Below, piece after piece: positions 33,907 through 44,135 of a stretch of DNA of 64,000 nucleotides. Location: NCBI GenBank assembly GCA_003280985.1, contig QCDH01000003.1:9591-73590 (forward strand), written 5' to 3'. The position numbers and the translations under genes are program-made. Numbering within the stretch: position 1 is the first letter of the stretch; every line of letters begins with the position of its first letter. This stretch comes from Prochlorococcus sp. AG-355-A18. Lineage in GTDB: Bacteria > Cyanobacteriota > Cyanobacteriia > PCC-6307 > Cyanobiaceae. Below the pieces are notes generated by a model that was not told where the DNA came from, searched no databases, and saw only the letters and a list, made by a program, of their open reading frames with translations.

Positions 33907-36900
33907 TCAGAATTCGTTTTTTTCAATTATTGAATCAGTATTAATAATTATGTTCTTTAGATTTTCAATGACATCTGATGAACAATTATTCCACATTTTT
34001 CTATTGACAATTTCAAGAAATCTTTGTGCAATATCTCTTAAAGCCCATGGATTATTCTCTAGAATGAAATTCCTAAGATCATGATCACATATCCATGATT
34101 TATAAACTTCCTCATAACACCAATCTGAGACTACTTCAGTAGAAGCATCAAAAGCGTATAAGTAATCTAGTGTAGCTGAAAATTCAAACGCTCCTTTATA
34201 ACCATTATCCTTCATCCCATTTATCCATTTAGGGTTAAGTAGTCTTGATATAACAACTTTATTAATTTCATCTTGTAATTTTGAAATTTTAGATAATCCA
34301 AATTTTGATAAATCACCATGATACATTTCAGGTAATTTACCGCTCAATTTTTTTACTGCTGAAGATAATCCACCCTGAAACTGATAATAATCATCAGAAT
34401 CTAAAATATCATGTTCCTTATTATCTTGGTTATGAACAACTAACTGCACATTTTTAAGAGCATTTTCTAATGATTTTTTATCCTCTATAGGTTCCAAATA
34501 ATCACTGTAATTCCACTTACTCCAATTAATAAAAGATTCTCCAAAATCATCACTATTTTCCCAATTAGAATTTGAAATTAGTTCTTGCAGACCAGCTCCA
34601 TATGAACCTGGCGCTGACCCAAATATACGATTAATTGAATCACCACCCCTTGATGCACCAGCAAGAGGGTTAAATTTATCATCCTCATTAAGATTAGAAA
34701 CAAGATTTATTGCTTTAGAAGTTAATTTAACTAACTGTGGAAATGCATCTCTAAACATTCCCGAAATCCTTAAAGTAACATCAACCCTTGGTCTATCGAG
34801 AACAGATAAAGGAATGATTTCTAGATCAACTACTCTTCTTGAAGGCCCATCCCAAATAGGCTGTACTCCTAATAAATATAGTATTTGACAAATGTCTTCA
34901 CCACCATTTCTCATTGTGGATGTTGCCCATACAGATATTGCAATATTTTTTAAATCTTCTCCATTATCTTGTTTGTATAAATCAAGTATTTGTGAAGCGG
35001 ATTGACAACCAACACTCCATGCTGATTCAGTTGGCAGACCTCTCGAATCAACTGAAAAGAAATTTTTACCAGTGGGTAAAGCTTCAGTTTTACCTCTCGT
35101 AGGGGCTCCAGATGGACCACTTTTTACATATTGTCCATTTAATGAATTAATAAATGATAATTTCTCATTATATGAAGAATTAATGATTGGATATAGAATC
35201 TCTTTTTTTAATAATAAAAAATACTTATTATGTTTGTTTTCATTAAAGAAATAGTCTATTATTTTTTTATTTTTATATTTTTCTAGATTTTTTATATTGG
35301 TATTCTTTTTGTAAAAAAATAAATATATTAAATACTTTGCTTGTTGTTCCAAAAAATCAATAGCCATCCTAAAGTTTAAAATGTTTTTGTTAGAAAAAAT
35401 CAACAATATTTTTTTATCCTTTTCACTTAACTTTTGATCATATTTATTTGTCCAAGGATCCAAATCTAGTTTTAAATGTTTTGCTATATATTGAACAATC
35501 CCAATTCGATTTGCATTTGGCACTCTAGCGATACACAAGAATAAATTTATTTCATTAATGTCATTCTGCCTATTACCAAAAATATGCAAACCTGTCCTAA
35601 TTTGAGTTTCTTTAATTTTGCAAAGAAAAGAATCAATCTCTTCAATTTGATTATTTTTATTATTTAAAGTAATTTCGTTAAAATCTTTTTTAATTAATTC
35701 AAAAATGGATTTTTCTATAATTTCTATCCGATTAGAACTTAATAATTTTGCTTCAAAATATTCGTCTAAATAATTTTCTAATATTGAATATTTTCCATAT
35801 AATTCTGACCTATCCAAAGGAGGGGTTAAATGATCAATAATTGTTGCAGCAGTTCTTCTTTTAGCTTGGGATCCTTCTCCAGGATCATTTACGATAAAAG
35901 GATATATGTTTGGTATTGCTGGACAAATAATATTTGGAAAACATTTATTACTGAGACCTATAGATTTGCCAGGTAACCATTCAACAGTCCCATGTTTACC
36001 AATATGGCAAATAGCATTTGCGTTAAAAACTTTTTCAATCCAAAAATATTGTGCTAAATATCTATGGGGAGGTGGAAGATCGGGAGAATGAATATCTCTA
36101 TCAGTGAAAGCGTCATAACCTCGTTGAGGTTGAATCAATAAAGTTATTTTTCCAAATCTAATACCATTTATTGAGAAGCCCTCATTATCAAGATCGATCG
36201 CTTCTGATGGTTTGCCCCAACGGTTAACAATAATATTTTTTGGTTCAAGTTCTAAATAATTCCAATATTTTAAATATTCACTAAGTGGTAAGTAATCTAA
36301 TGGTTTATTATTTTGAGATTCAAGATCATTGGTTCTACTTTTTATAAGTTTTGACATTAATTCCGAAGAATCTTGAGGATAATTACAAGATCCAAGATCA
36401 TAACCTTCTTCTTTTAACCAGTTAAGAATATTTATTATCGAAGATGGTGTATTAAGACCAACACCATTACCGATTCTTCCATTCTTTACTGGATAATTAC
36501 TTATTATTAAACAAATTTTTTTATCAAAATTATTAAGTTTTTGAAGTTTCACATAATTTGTTGCGAATTTTGAAATCCATTTAATACCTACATGATCAGC
36601 TTTGTAACTGGTTATTTCACTGTAGAGTGTATTTTTTTCAGAAATTATTTCTTTAAATGCTGAAGGACAGGTAGTAATCCTTCCATCAAATTCAGGAATA
36701 ATTATTTGCATTAATAAATCAGATGAATTCATTCCAATGGATGAATTTAACCAATTTTTTCTTGATCTATTTGAAGAGAGAAGCTGTAAAATTGGAATTT
36801 TAAGAGAAGTAAAAATATTTGTAGAATTTTCAATTAATTCGTTTTTTTTGATTTGAGATGAAGAAAATGAAGTTGTGGTAATTATTAATTTAATATCTTC

Positions 36901-37644
36901 CTTTTTAAAAATATCTATTAATTTCTTTTGAATAATATGATCTTTTAGTGTGGAAATAAATAACGTTTTAGGCGATAGTCCGCATCTTCGTAACTGCAAG
37001 TTAAGTTTTTCGTTTACTTCAATTTCATTAGCCAAAAAAAGTGATTTATAGGATATTATTCCTATTTTTTCGCCTTTTTCAATTTTCCAATCATATAAAT
37101 AAGGATCTGCATAAAAACTTATATTCAAAAACTCATCAGGAATTAATGTTTCATTTACCTTTAGATAATTTAAACAATTAAGAAATTTTCTATAATTGTC
37201 CATTCCTCCCGATCTTAGTAATCTAGAAATATTTAATGCAATATTTTTATCTATACTACTTACTTCACTTAAGGAAACTTCCTGATCAACGGTACCTGAT
37301 AGGATTACTAACTTCCTTTTTTTATTGACTGCTTGCCAATTTAAAAGTTGTTCAATTCCATAGTTCCATGTACCTTTATCTCCAAAAATTCTTAGTATGA
37401 CAACTTTTGCATAATTAATTGTTTTTAATAAATAATTATCTATTTGAGCTGAAGAATTTAAATTAGAAATTTCTAAAGCTCTTATATTATTTTTTAATGA
37501 AGCAAATTCCTTTTCTAACAATAAGTTAGATATGAGATTTAAATCAGCTTTGACACTTGTTATAAAAATAAAATCTGCCGCTGGTTGCTCAATTAAATCA
37601 TCCTTATTCTTTTCATTTCCTGCTATATTTAATATCCTGTGCAT
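33907..37644 (-). CDS. cobN: Cobaltochelatase subunit CobN
   Basis: HIGKHGTVEWLPGK, LPTGKNF, RISGMFRD, 1245 aa. Confidence 0.95.
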   Translation of the reverse strand: MHRILNIAGNEKNKDDLIEQPAADFIFITSVKADLNLISNLLLEKEFASLKNNIRALEISNLNSSAQIDNYLLKTINYAKVVILRIFGDKGTWNYGIEQLLNWQAVNKKRKLVILSGTVDQEVSLSEVSSIDKNIALNISRLLRSGGMDNYRKFLNCLNYLKVNETLIPDEFLNISFYADPYLYDWKIEKGEKIGIISYKSLFLANEIEVNEKLNLQLRRCGLSPKTLFISTLKDHIIQKKLIDIFKKEDIKLIITTTSFSSSQIKKNELIENSTNIFTSLKIPILQLLSSNRSRKNWLNSSIGMNSSDLLMQIIIPEFDGRITTCPSAFKEIISEKNTLYSEITSYKADHVGIKWISKFATNYVKLQKLNNFDKKICLIISNYPVKNGRIGNGVGLNTPSSIINILNWLKEEGYDLGSCNYPQDSSELMSKLIKSRTNDLESQNNKPLDYLPLSEYLKYWNYLELEPKNIIVNRWGKPSEAIDLDNEGFSINGIRFGKITLLIQPQRGYDAFTDRDIHSPDLPPPHRYLAQYFWIEKVFNANAICHIGKHGTVEWLPGKSIGLSNKCFPNIICPAIPNIYPFIVNDPGEGSQAKRRTAATIIDHLTPPLDRSELYGKYSILENYLDEYFEAKLLSSNRIEIIEKSIFELIKKDFNEITLNNKNNQIEEIDSFLCKIKETQIRTGLHIFGNRQNDINEINLFLCIARVPNANRIGIVQYIAKHLKLDLDPWTNKYDQKLSEKDKKILLIFSNKNILNFRMAIDFLEQQAKYLIYLFFYKKNTNIKNLEKYKNKKIIDYFFNENKHNKYFLLLKKEILYPIINSSYNEKLSFINSLNGQYVKSGPSGAPTRGKTEALPTGKNFFSVDSRGLPTESAWSVGCQSASQILDLYKQDNGEDLKNIAISVWATSTMRNGGEDICQILYLLGVQPIWDGPSRRVVDLEIIPLSVLDRPRVDVTLRISGMFRDAFPQLVKLTSKAINLVSNLNEDDKFNPLAGASRGGDSINRIFGSAPGSYGAGLQELISNSNWENSDDFGESFINWSKWNYSDYLEPIEDKKSLENALKNVQLVVHNQDNKEHDILDSDDYYQFQGGLSSAVKKLSGKLPEMYHGDLSKFGLSKISKLQDEINKVVISRLLNPKWINGMKDNGYKGAFEFSATLDYLYAFDASTEVVSDWCYEEVYKSWICDHDLRNFILENNPWALRDIAQRFLEIVNRKMWNNCSSDVIENLKNIIINTDSIIEKNEF

Positions 37645-37716
37645 TTTTATATATAAATAAGGTTTAGAATACGTAAGTAGGTTAAAACAAGTTTACCTTA
37701 ATTAAATAAGTTGAAT

Positions 37717-38631
37717 ATGCATGAATTTCTTCCATACGCCTGGTTCGAAGGTAAATGTATTCCATTTAAAGAAGCAAAAATATCAATAGCTACTCATGCA
37801 CTACATTATGGTACTGCTGCATTTGGAGGAATGCGAGCGATACCTAACCCTATAAATAAAGAAGAATTCCTTTTATTTAGAACTGATAAACACATAAAAA
37901 GATTATCTCAAAGTGCAAAATTACTCTTAACTGATATTTCTGAAGAATATATTTTTAAAGCCTTAGAAGAAGTTATAAAAAGAAATAAGCCAGAAAAACC
38001 TATCTATATTAGACCATTCGTATATACAAGCGATTTAGGTATAGCTCCAAGGTTACACAATATTGAAACAGATTTCTTTATGTATTGTATTGAACTAGGA
38101 GATTATCTATCCCCAGATGGAGTTTCTTGTAGAATGAGTAGTTGGACTAGACAAGAAGATAGATCTCTCCCATTAAGAGGAAAAATAAGTGGGGCTTATA
38201 TTACTAGTTCTTTAGCTAAAACAGAAGCTAGTTTATCGGGTTTTGATGAAGCTTTGTTATTAAATTCAAGTGGTAAGGTAAGCGAAGCTAGTGGTATGAA
38301 TTTATTTATTGTAAGAAATGGAGACTTAATCACTCCTGGTGTTGATCAAGATATCCTTGAGGGGATTACTAGAGCTAGTGTAATTGAATTAGCAAAATCC
38401 TTTGGAATAAATGTAATTGAAAGGCCTGTTGATAAAACAGAATTATTAATAGCAGATGAAGTTTTTCTAACTGGTACAGCAGCAAAAATTACACCAGTTA
38501 AAAAAATTGAATCAAGTGAATTAAATGGTGAAAGACCAATAATGAATAAATTAAAAAGTAAGCTTATAGAAATAACAGAGGGACGTTCTCAAGACTATGA
38601 TAATTGGGTAACAAGAATTTCTCTAAAATAA
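37717..38631 (+). CDS. ilvE: Branched-chain amino acid aminotransferase
   Basis: HALHYG, GKISGAY, EASGMNLF, LEGITR, FLTGTAA. Confidence 0.95.
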   Translation: MHEFLPYAWFEGKCIPFKEAKISIATHALHYGTAAFGGMRAIPNPINKEEFLLFRTDKHIKRLSQSAKLLLTDISEEYIFKALEEVIKRNKPEKPIYIRPFVYTSDLGIAPRLHNIETDFFMYCIELGDYLSPDGVSCRMSSWTRQEDRSLPLRGKISGAYITSSLAKTEASLSGFDEALLLNSSGKVSEASGMNLFIVRNGDLITPGVDQDILEGITRASVIELAKSFGINVIERPVDKTELLIADEVFLTGTAAKITPVKKIESSELNGERPIMNKLKSKLIEITEGRSQDYDNWVTRISLK

Positions 38632-38649
38632 ATTAATTTTTACCTAAAA

Positions 38650-41600
38650 ATGGAATCTTTCAGAACCTATTTAAATAGAAATGAAAAGCCATTAATAATT
38701 TTTGACGGGGGTACTGGAACATCTTTTCAGAACTTAAATCTTACTGCCGACGACTTTGGTGGAAAAGAATTAGAGGGTTGTAATGAAAACCTTGTTTTAT
38801 CCTCACCAAAGGTCGTTGAAAAGGTTCATAATTCATTCTTGGCAGCTGGTTGTCATGTTATAGAAACCAATACTTTTGGAGCCTCATCAATAGTTCTTGA
38901 TGAATATGATATTGCGGATATGGCATATGAGATAAATAAAAATGCTGCATTAATAGCCAAAAAGGCTGCTGCCAAATATGCATCAGTAGATAAGCCAAGG
39001 TTTGTTGCTGGCTCAATTGGACCAACTACTAAATTACCTACGTTAGGGCATATAGATTTTGATGAATTAAAGCATTCATATAAAGAACAAATATATGGTC
39101 TTACAGATGGAGGAGTTGATCTTCTTTTAATTGAAACTTGTCAAGATGTATTACAAATTAAATCTGCCTTATTAGCATCTAAAGAAGTACTTAATAGTAA
39201 AAATATAGATATACCTATAATGGTATCAATAACAATGGAAACAACAGGTACTATGCTTGTTGGTTCTGACATCGCCTCTGCATTAACAATATTAGAACCA
39301 TTTAACATAGATATCCTTGGACTGAATTGTGCAACGGGTCCAGAACAAATGAAAGAACATATTAAATATTTATCTGAAAATTCTCCTTTCGCTATAAGCT
39401 GTATTCCCAATGCAGGACTTCCTGAAAATATTGGTGGTGTTGCTCACTACAGATTAAAGCCAATAGAATTGAAGATGCAGTTAATGAATTTTATATATGA
39501 CTTTAAAGTTCAATTAATAGGTGGATGTTGTGGGACAACACCTGAACATATTAAACATCTTTCTTCAATAATCGATGAAATTACTTATAACGAAAGGTCT
39601 AACAAAATTGGTAATAACAATTTAAGTGGTTATATACCATCTGCATCATCAATATATAATTCTGTACCATACAAACAAGACAATTCTATCTTGATTGTAG
39701 GAGAAAGATTAAATGCAAGTGGATCTAAAAAGGTAAGGGAGTTATTAAATAACGACGATTGGGATGGACTAGTTTCAATTGCCAAGCAACAACAAAAAGA
39801 AAATGCACACGTTCTTGATGTGAATGTTGATTATGTAGGGAGAGACGGTGTGAAAGATATGAAAGAAATAACTTCAAGACTAGTCACCAATATAAATTTG
39901 CCATTAATGATTGACTCTACAGATGCTGACAAAATGGAAAGTGGATTAAAGTCAGCTGGTGGTAAATGTATTATAAATTCAACAAATTACGAAGATGGCA
40001 ATGAAAGATTTGATCAAGTACTAAATTTAGCCTTAGGGTATGGTTCAGGTCTTGTTGTAGGAACTATTGATGAAGATGGAATGGCAAGGAATGCGGATAA
40101 AAAATATAACATTGTAAAACGAGCGCTTAATAGAACTAGAGAATGTGGCTTGTCAGATTATGAGCTATTTTTTGATCCATTAGCTCTGCCAATATCTACT
40201 GGGATAGAAGAAGATAGATTAAACGCTAAAGAAACAATTACTGCTATATCAAAAATTCGTGAAAATTTCCCAGATATTCATATCATACTTGGGATATCAA
40301 ACATTAGTTTTGGTCTTTCACCATTATCAAGAATTAATCTAAATTCAATATTTTTAGATGAATGCATTAAAGCAGGATTGGATTCTGCTATCCTCGCACC
40401 AAATAAAATTTTGCCATTATCAAAAATTTCTGAAGAAACTAAAAAGCTTTGCCTAGATTTGATATATGACAAAAGAGAATTTGAAGATGATATTTGTATT
40501 TATGATCCATTAGTAGAATTAACTAAGGCTTTTCAAGATTTATCTATTCAAGATTTCAAAAAAGCATCTACAGAAAATAAAAATCTAACTCTGGAAGAAA
40601 GTCTAAAAAATCATATTATTGATGGAGAAAAAATAGGTTTAGAGGATCAATTAAATAACGCGTTAAAAAAATATAAACCTCTTGAAATAATTAATACTTT
40701 TTTACTTGATGGGATGAAAGTTGTAGGAGATTTATTTGGTTCAGGTCAAATGCAATTGCCATTTGTACTCCAATCAGCAGAAACAATGAAATTTGCTGTA
40801 TCAATTTTAGAACCATATATGGAAACAGTAGATGAAAATATATCAAATGGAAAACTCTTAATTGCAACTGTCAAAGGCGATGTTCACGATATTGGAAAAA
40901 ATTTGGTAGACATAATACTTACAAATAATGGTTATGACGTAATAAATCTTGGAATAAAGCAAGATGTTTCATCAATTATAGATGCACAAAAAAAGCACAA
41001 TGCAGATTGCATCGCTATGAGTGGATTACTTGTTAAATCAACTGCTTTTATGAAAGATAATTTAGAAGCATTTAACAATGAAAATATAAGTGTACCAGTA
41101 ATATTAGGAGGTGCAGCCTTAACCCCAAAATTTGTAAACGAGGACTGCAGCAAAATATATAAAGGGAAAATATTGTACGGAAAAGACGCGTTCACTGATC
41201 TTAAATTTATGAATGAATATATGGATAATAAAAAAAAGGGTAATTGGTCAAATACAGAGGGTTTCATTAACAATGAGGGTATAAATATTAATTTAGCCTC
41301 ATCAAAATCCAACTCTCAAGCTGTTAAAAAATCAATATCTATAGATATAAAGACTTCTAAATTAAATTTAAAAGAAAATTTTATAAGATCTAAATTTATA
41401 AATGAAGAAGAACCAATACAAGCCCCTTTCTTGGGAACGAAAGTCTTGAACGAGATTGATATAGATTTAAATAAGTTAATTTTTTATTTAGATACAAAAG
41501 CTCTATTTAGCGGACAATGGCAAATAAAAAAAGGAAAAAGCCAAAGCGTAGATGAATACAATAACTATTTGGATTCATATGCTAAACCATTGCTAGATAG

Positions 41601-42216
41601 ATGGTTAGAGACAATTCTAGAAAAAAAACTTATTTCACCCAAAGCAGTTTATGGATATTTCAGATGCGGTAGAAAAGATAATAGTATTTTCTTATTTGAT
41701 GATAAATCATTAAATAAAATTTCCGAATTTAATTTCCCAAGACAAAAATCTGGGAATAATTTATGCATAGCTGATTTTTATTGTGATTTGAAAAAGGATA
41801 AACCTATAGATATATTTCCTATGCAGGCAGTAACAATGGGCGATATTGCTAGTGAATATTCTCAAAAATTATTTAAAGAAGATAAATATAGCGATTATTT
41901 ATTATTCCATGGACTTACAGTGCAATTAGCAGAAGCTCTAGCTGAGTATGTCCATGCATTAATTCGTATTGAATGTGGTTTTAGGACTGAAGAACCAGAC
42001 AAAAATAGAGAAATACTAGCTCAAAAATATAGAGGAGCTAGATATTCTTTTGGTTATCCTGCATGTCCAAAAGTATCTGATTCAAACATACAATTATCAT
42101 TGTTGGATACAAAAAGAATAAGCTTGACCATGGATGAATCTGAACAACTTCATCCAGAACAAAGTACTACAGCTATCATTTCACTGCACTCAAAAGCTAA
42201 ATATTTCAGCGCTTAA
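38650..42216 (+). CDS. metH: Cobalamin-dependent methionine synthase
   Basis: GGCCGT, GDVHDIGKN B12-binding motif, RYSFGYPACP. Confidence 0.98.
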   Translation: MESFRTYLNRNEKPLIIFDGGTGTSFQNLNLTADDFGGKELEGCNENLVLSSPKVVEKVHNSFLAAGCHVIETNTFGASSIVLDEYDIADMAYEINKNAALIAKKAAAKYASVDKPRFVAGSIGPTTKLPTLGHIDFDELKHSYKEQIYGLTDGGVDLLLIETCQDVLQIKSALLASKEVLNSKNIDIPIMVSITMETTGTMLVGSDIASALTILEPFNIDILGLNCATGPEQMKEHIKYLSENSPFAISCIPNAGLPENIGGVAHYRLKPIELKMQLMNFIYDFKVQLIGGCCGTTPEHIKHLSSIIDEITYNERSNKIGNNNLSGYIPSASSIYNSVPYKQDNSILIVGERLNASGSKKVRELLNNDDWDGLVSIAKQQQKENAHVLDVNVDYVGRDGVKDMKEITSRLVTNINLPLMIDSTDADKMESGLKSAGGKCIINSTNYEDGNERFDQVLNLALGYGSGLVVGTIDEDGMARNADKKYNIVKRALNRTRECGLSDYELFFDPLALPISTGIEEDRLNAKETITAISKIRENFPDIHIILGISNISFGLSPLSRINLNSIFLDECIKAGLDSAILAPNKILPLSKISEETKKLCLDLIYDKREFEDDICIYDPLVELTKAFQDLSIQDFKKASTENKNLTLEESLKNHIIDGEKIGLEDQLNNALKKYKPLEIINTFLLDGMKVVGDLFGSGQMQLPFVLQSAETMKFAVSILEPYMETVDENISNGKLLIATVKGDVHDIGKNLVDIILTNNGYDVINLGIKQDVSSIIDAQKKHNADCIAMSGLLVKSTAFMKDNLEAFNNENISVPVILGGAALTPKFVNEDCSKIYKGKILYGKDAFTDLKFMNEYMDNKKKGNWSNTEGFINNEGININLASSKSNSQAVKKSISIDIKTSKLNLKENFIRSKFINEEEPIQAPFLGTKVLNEIDIDLNKLIFYLDTKALFSGQWQIKKGKSQSVDEYNNYLDSYAKPLLDRWLETILEKKLISPKAVYGYFRCGRKDNSIFLFDDKSLNKISEFNFPRQKSGNNLCIADFYCDLKKDKPIDIFPMQAVTMGDIASEYSQKLFKEDKYSDYLLFHGLTVQLAEALAEYVHALIRIECGFRTEEPDKNREILAQKYRGARYSFGYPACPKVSDSNIQLSLLDTKRISLTMDESEQLHPEQSTTAIISLHSKAKYFSA

Positions 42217-42225
42217 TCTAAATCT

Positions 42226-42444
42226 TTAGTTGTTTTCTAAATATTCAATAATTTCTTTTTGAAGATCTTGCATCATTTCATTATCACCTAAATCAAGTCC
42301 CTCACCCGCCGCATCCTGTGTTAACTCAAGATAATATGAAGCGCCATCACTAGATAAAAATTCTAATGCAGAAGTTTCATCACTATCTTTAAAAGCTTCA
42401 TAAAGAGCTTTAAATGCTATGTTTTCAGTAAAGTCCCAATCCAT
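42226..42444 (-). CDS. Small acidic conserved hypothetical protein
   Basis: 72-aa ORF fills the gap after metH; strongly acidic. Confidence 0.7.
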   Translation of the reverse strand: MDWDFTENIAFKALYEAFKDSDETSALEFLSSDGASYYLELTQDAAGEGLDLGDNEMMQDLQKEIIEYLENN

Positions 42445-42543
42445 AATGAAAAAAACCTTATTAGAATTATTACCTCCTTACCCCCCATACTCGTCAACCT
42501 TTTTTAAAGAAATGTTGGTGTTTTATTATTATTAAAAAAATCT

Positions 42544-42927
42544 ATGACCATAAATAATCAAAATCAGTTAAATGTCCTTGGAGAAAAAATTGAGATTTGT
42601 AGTTGCTCACCAATGACAGGGTGGTTCAGGGATGGATTTTGCAACTATGACAAGAATGATGGAGGGAATCATTCCATATGTTGTGTGATGGATGATAATT
42701 TCCTGAAATATAGTAAATCACAAGGTAATGATTTAATTACTCCCATGCCTATTTATTCCTTCCCAGGACTAAAGGATGGTGATCATTGGTGTATTTGTCT
42801 TGATAGGTGGAAGCAAGCATTATTAGACGGTCTTGCACCAAAAGTCATATTAGAATCAACTAATATTGTAGTCTTAGAATCAGTACCTCTTGAAAAATTG
42901 AAAGAATATCAATTTAATAAAAAGTAA
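42544..42927 (+). CDS. DUF2237 family protein
   Basis: NVLG...PMTGWFRDGFC...GNDLITP...GLKDGDHWCIC. Confidence 0.88.
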   Translation: MTINNQNQLNVLGEKIEICSCSPMTGWFRDGFCNYDKNDGGNHSICCVMDDNFLKYSKSQGNDLITPMPIYSFPGLKDGDHWCICLDRWKQALLDGLAPKVILESTNIVVLESVPLEKLKEYQFNKK

Positions 42928-42977
42928 TTACAAGTTTATTTTTTTTTTTTTAAAATAGTTATGATAAATTTTTTTTA

Positions 42978-43808
42978 ATGAGTTTAGAAATATATTGGAA
43001 AAAAGCATTAGAACAAACTCGATTATCAATTGATGATGAATCCTTATATCCTCTCAAAACTGTTAATATCACAAGAGATTTATATGAAAAAGACGACTTC
43101 ATAATTAGGAAACTCGATACTTCAAAATTTATTAAAAGAAAAATTTATGGTCCTAAGCAAAATCCGTTTTGTCCTTGGGAAAAGATACTAGAAATTGAAA
43201 AAATTGGATATAATCATCAACTAATATTAAATAAGTACCCTGTACAAAAAGGGCATATTTTACTTATTACAAATGAATGGAAACCTCAAAATGGATGGTT
43301 AGATATTAAAGATTGGAGAGCGATCCAAGAAGTTAATAATGATACTAGTGGATTATGGTTTTTCAATAGTTCTCCAATTGCGGGAGCAAGTCAACCTCAC
43401 AGGCATTTTCAACTTCTGCGTAGATCTAAAGGTGAGATATCATGCCCTAGAGAAAAGTGGTTTTTAGAGGTGAACTCATATCAAGATCTAGATAGTAAGC
43501 TTAAAAAAAATATTATTGTATCCAAATTTAATTTTTTAGAAAATCCATCATGTCTTTATGATTTTTACTTAGAATTATGCAAGAAATTGGGACTTGGGGA
43601 TCCTATTATTGATAAGAAACCGATATGTCCCTACAATATTTTAATAACTAATAAATGGATCGCTATTATAAAAAGAAAAAATGATCATATTCATGGTTTC
43701 AGTATTAACGGTTTAGGATTTGCAGGATATCTACTAGTAACTGAAAATTCAAATATTAATTATTTAAAGAAATTTGGCCCTGAAAAACTTCTAGAAAGTT
43801 TTGTTTGA
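42978..43808 (+). CDS. ATP adenylyltransferase / Ap4A phosphorylase II (HIT family)
   Basis: NPFCPWE, LNKYPV, AGASQPHRHFQ, NGLGFAG. Confidence 0.9.
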   Translation: MSLEIYWKKALEQTRLSIDDESLYPLKTVNITRDLYEKDDFIIRKLDTSKFIKRKIYGPKQNPFCPWEKILEIEKIGYNHQLILNKYPVQKGHILLITNEWKPQNGWLDIKDWRAIQEVNNDTSGLWFFNSSPIAGASQPHRHFQLLRRSKGEISCPREKWFLEVNSYQDLDSKLKKNIIVSKFNFLENPSCLYDFYLELCKKLGLGDPIIDKKPICPYNILITNKWIAIIKRKNDHIHGFSINGLGFAGYLLVTENSNINYLKKFGPEKLLESFV

Positions 43809-43811
43809 ATA

Positions 43812-43991
43812 CTAATTAGTTACCTCAACTTCCTTATCCCTGCTTATTTGGCTTTCTAGAACTTCTATAGATGCTGTTACAGATGCAATTTTACGTTCAA
43901 GTGAATCCTTAATATAATTGAGCATTTCTAATTTCTTGTGTTGATAAAAACTCTTTTTTTCTTTAGATGACTTGAAATAACAATTAAACAT
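43812..43991 (-). CDS. Small coiled-coil hypothetical protein, 59 aa (not in the ORF track)
   Basis: Manual translation MFNCYFKSSKEKKSFYQHKKLEMLNYIKDSLERKIASVTASIEVLESQISRDKEVEVTN*; divergent from the RHH-J gene. Confidence 0.65.
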   Translation of the reverse strand: MFNCYFKSSKEKKSFYQHKKLEMLNYIKDSLERKIASVTASIEVLESQISRDKEVEVTN

Positions 43992-44135
43992 TTTTTTGAT
44001 TTATTATAAAAAGATACTTAATTGACTTGTGACATAAAAATAAATTGGTTTTAATTTAAAAACAATATTCCTTATGGACTTTCAATTTTTTTTGAATAAA
44101 ATTAAATAAATTCCATACTCTTCAAGAAAATATTA

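Noticed and set aside
37645-38649. Cobalamin riboswitch near cobN/metH
   Set aside because: Intergenic gaps are about 70 bp and 18 bp, with no B12-box or structured GC-rich leader
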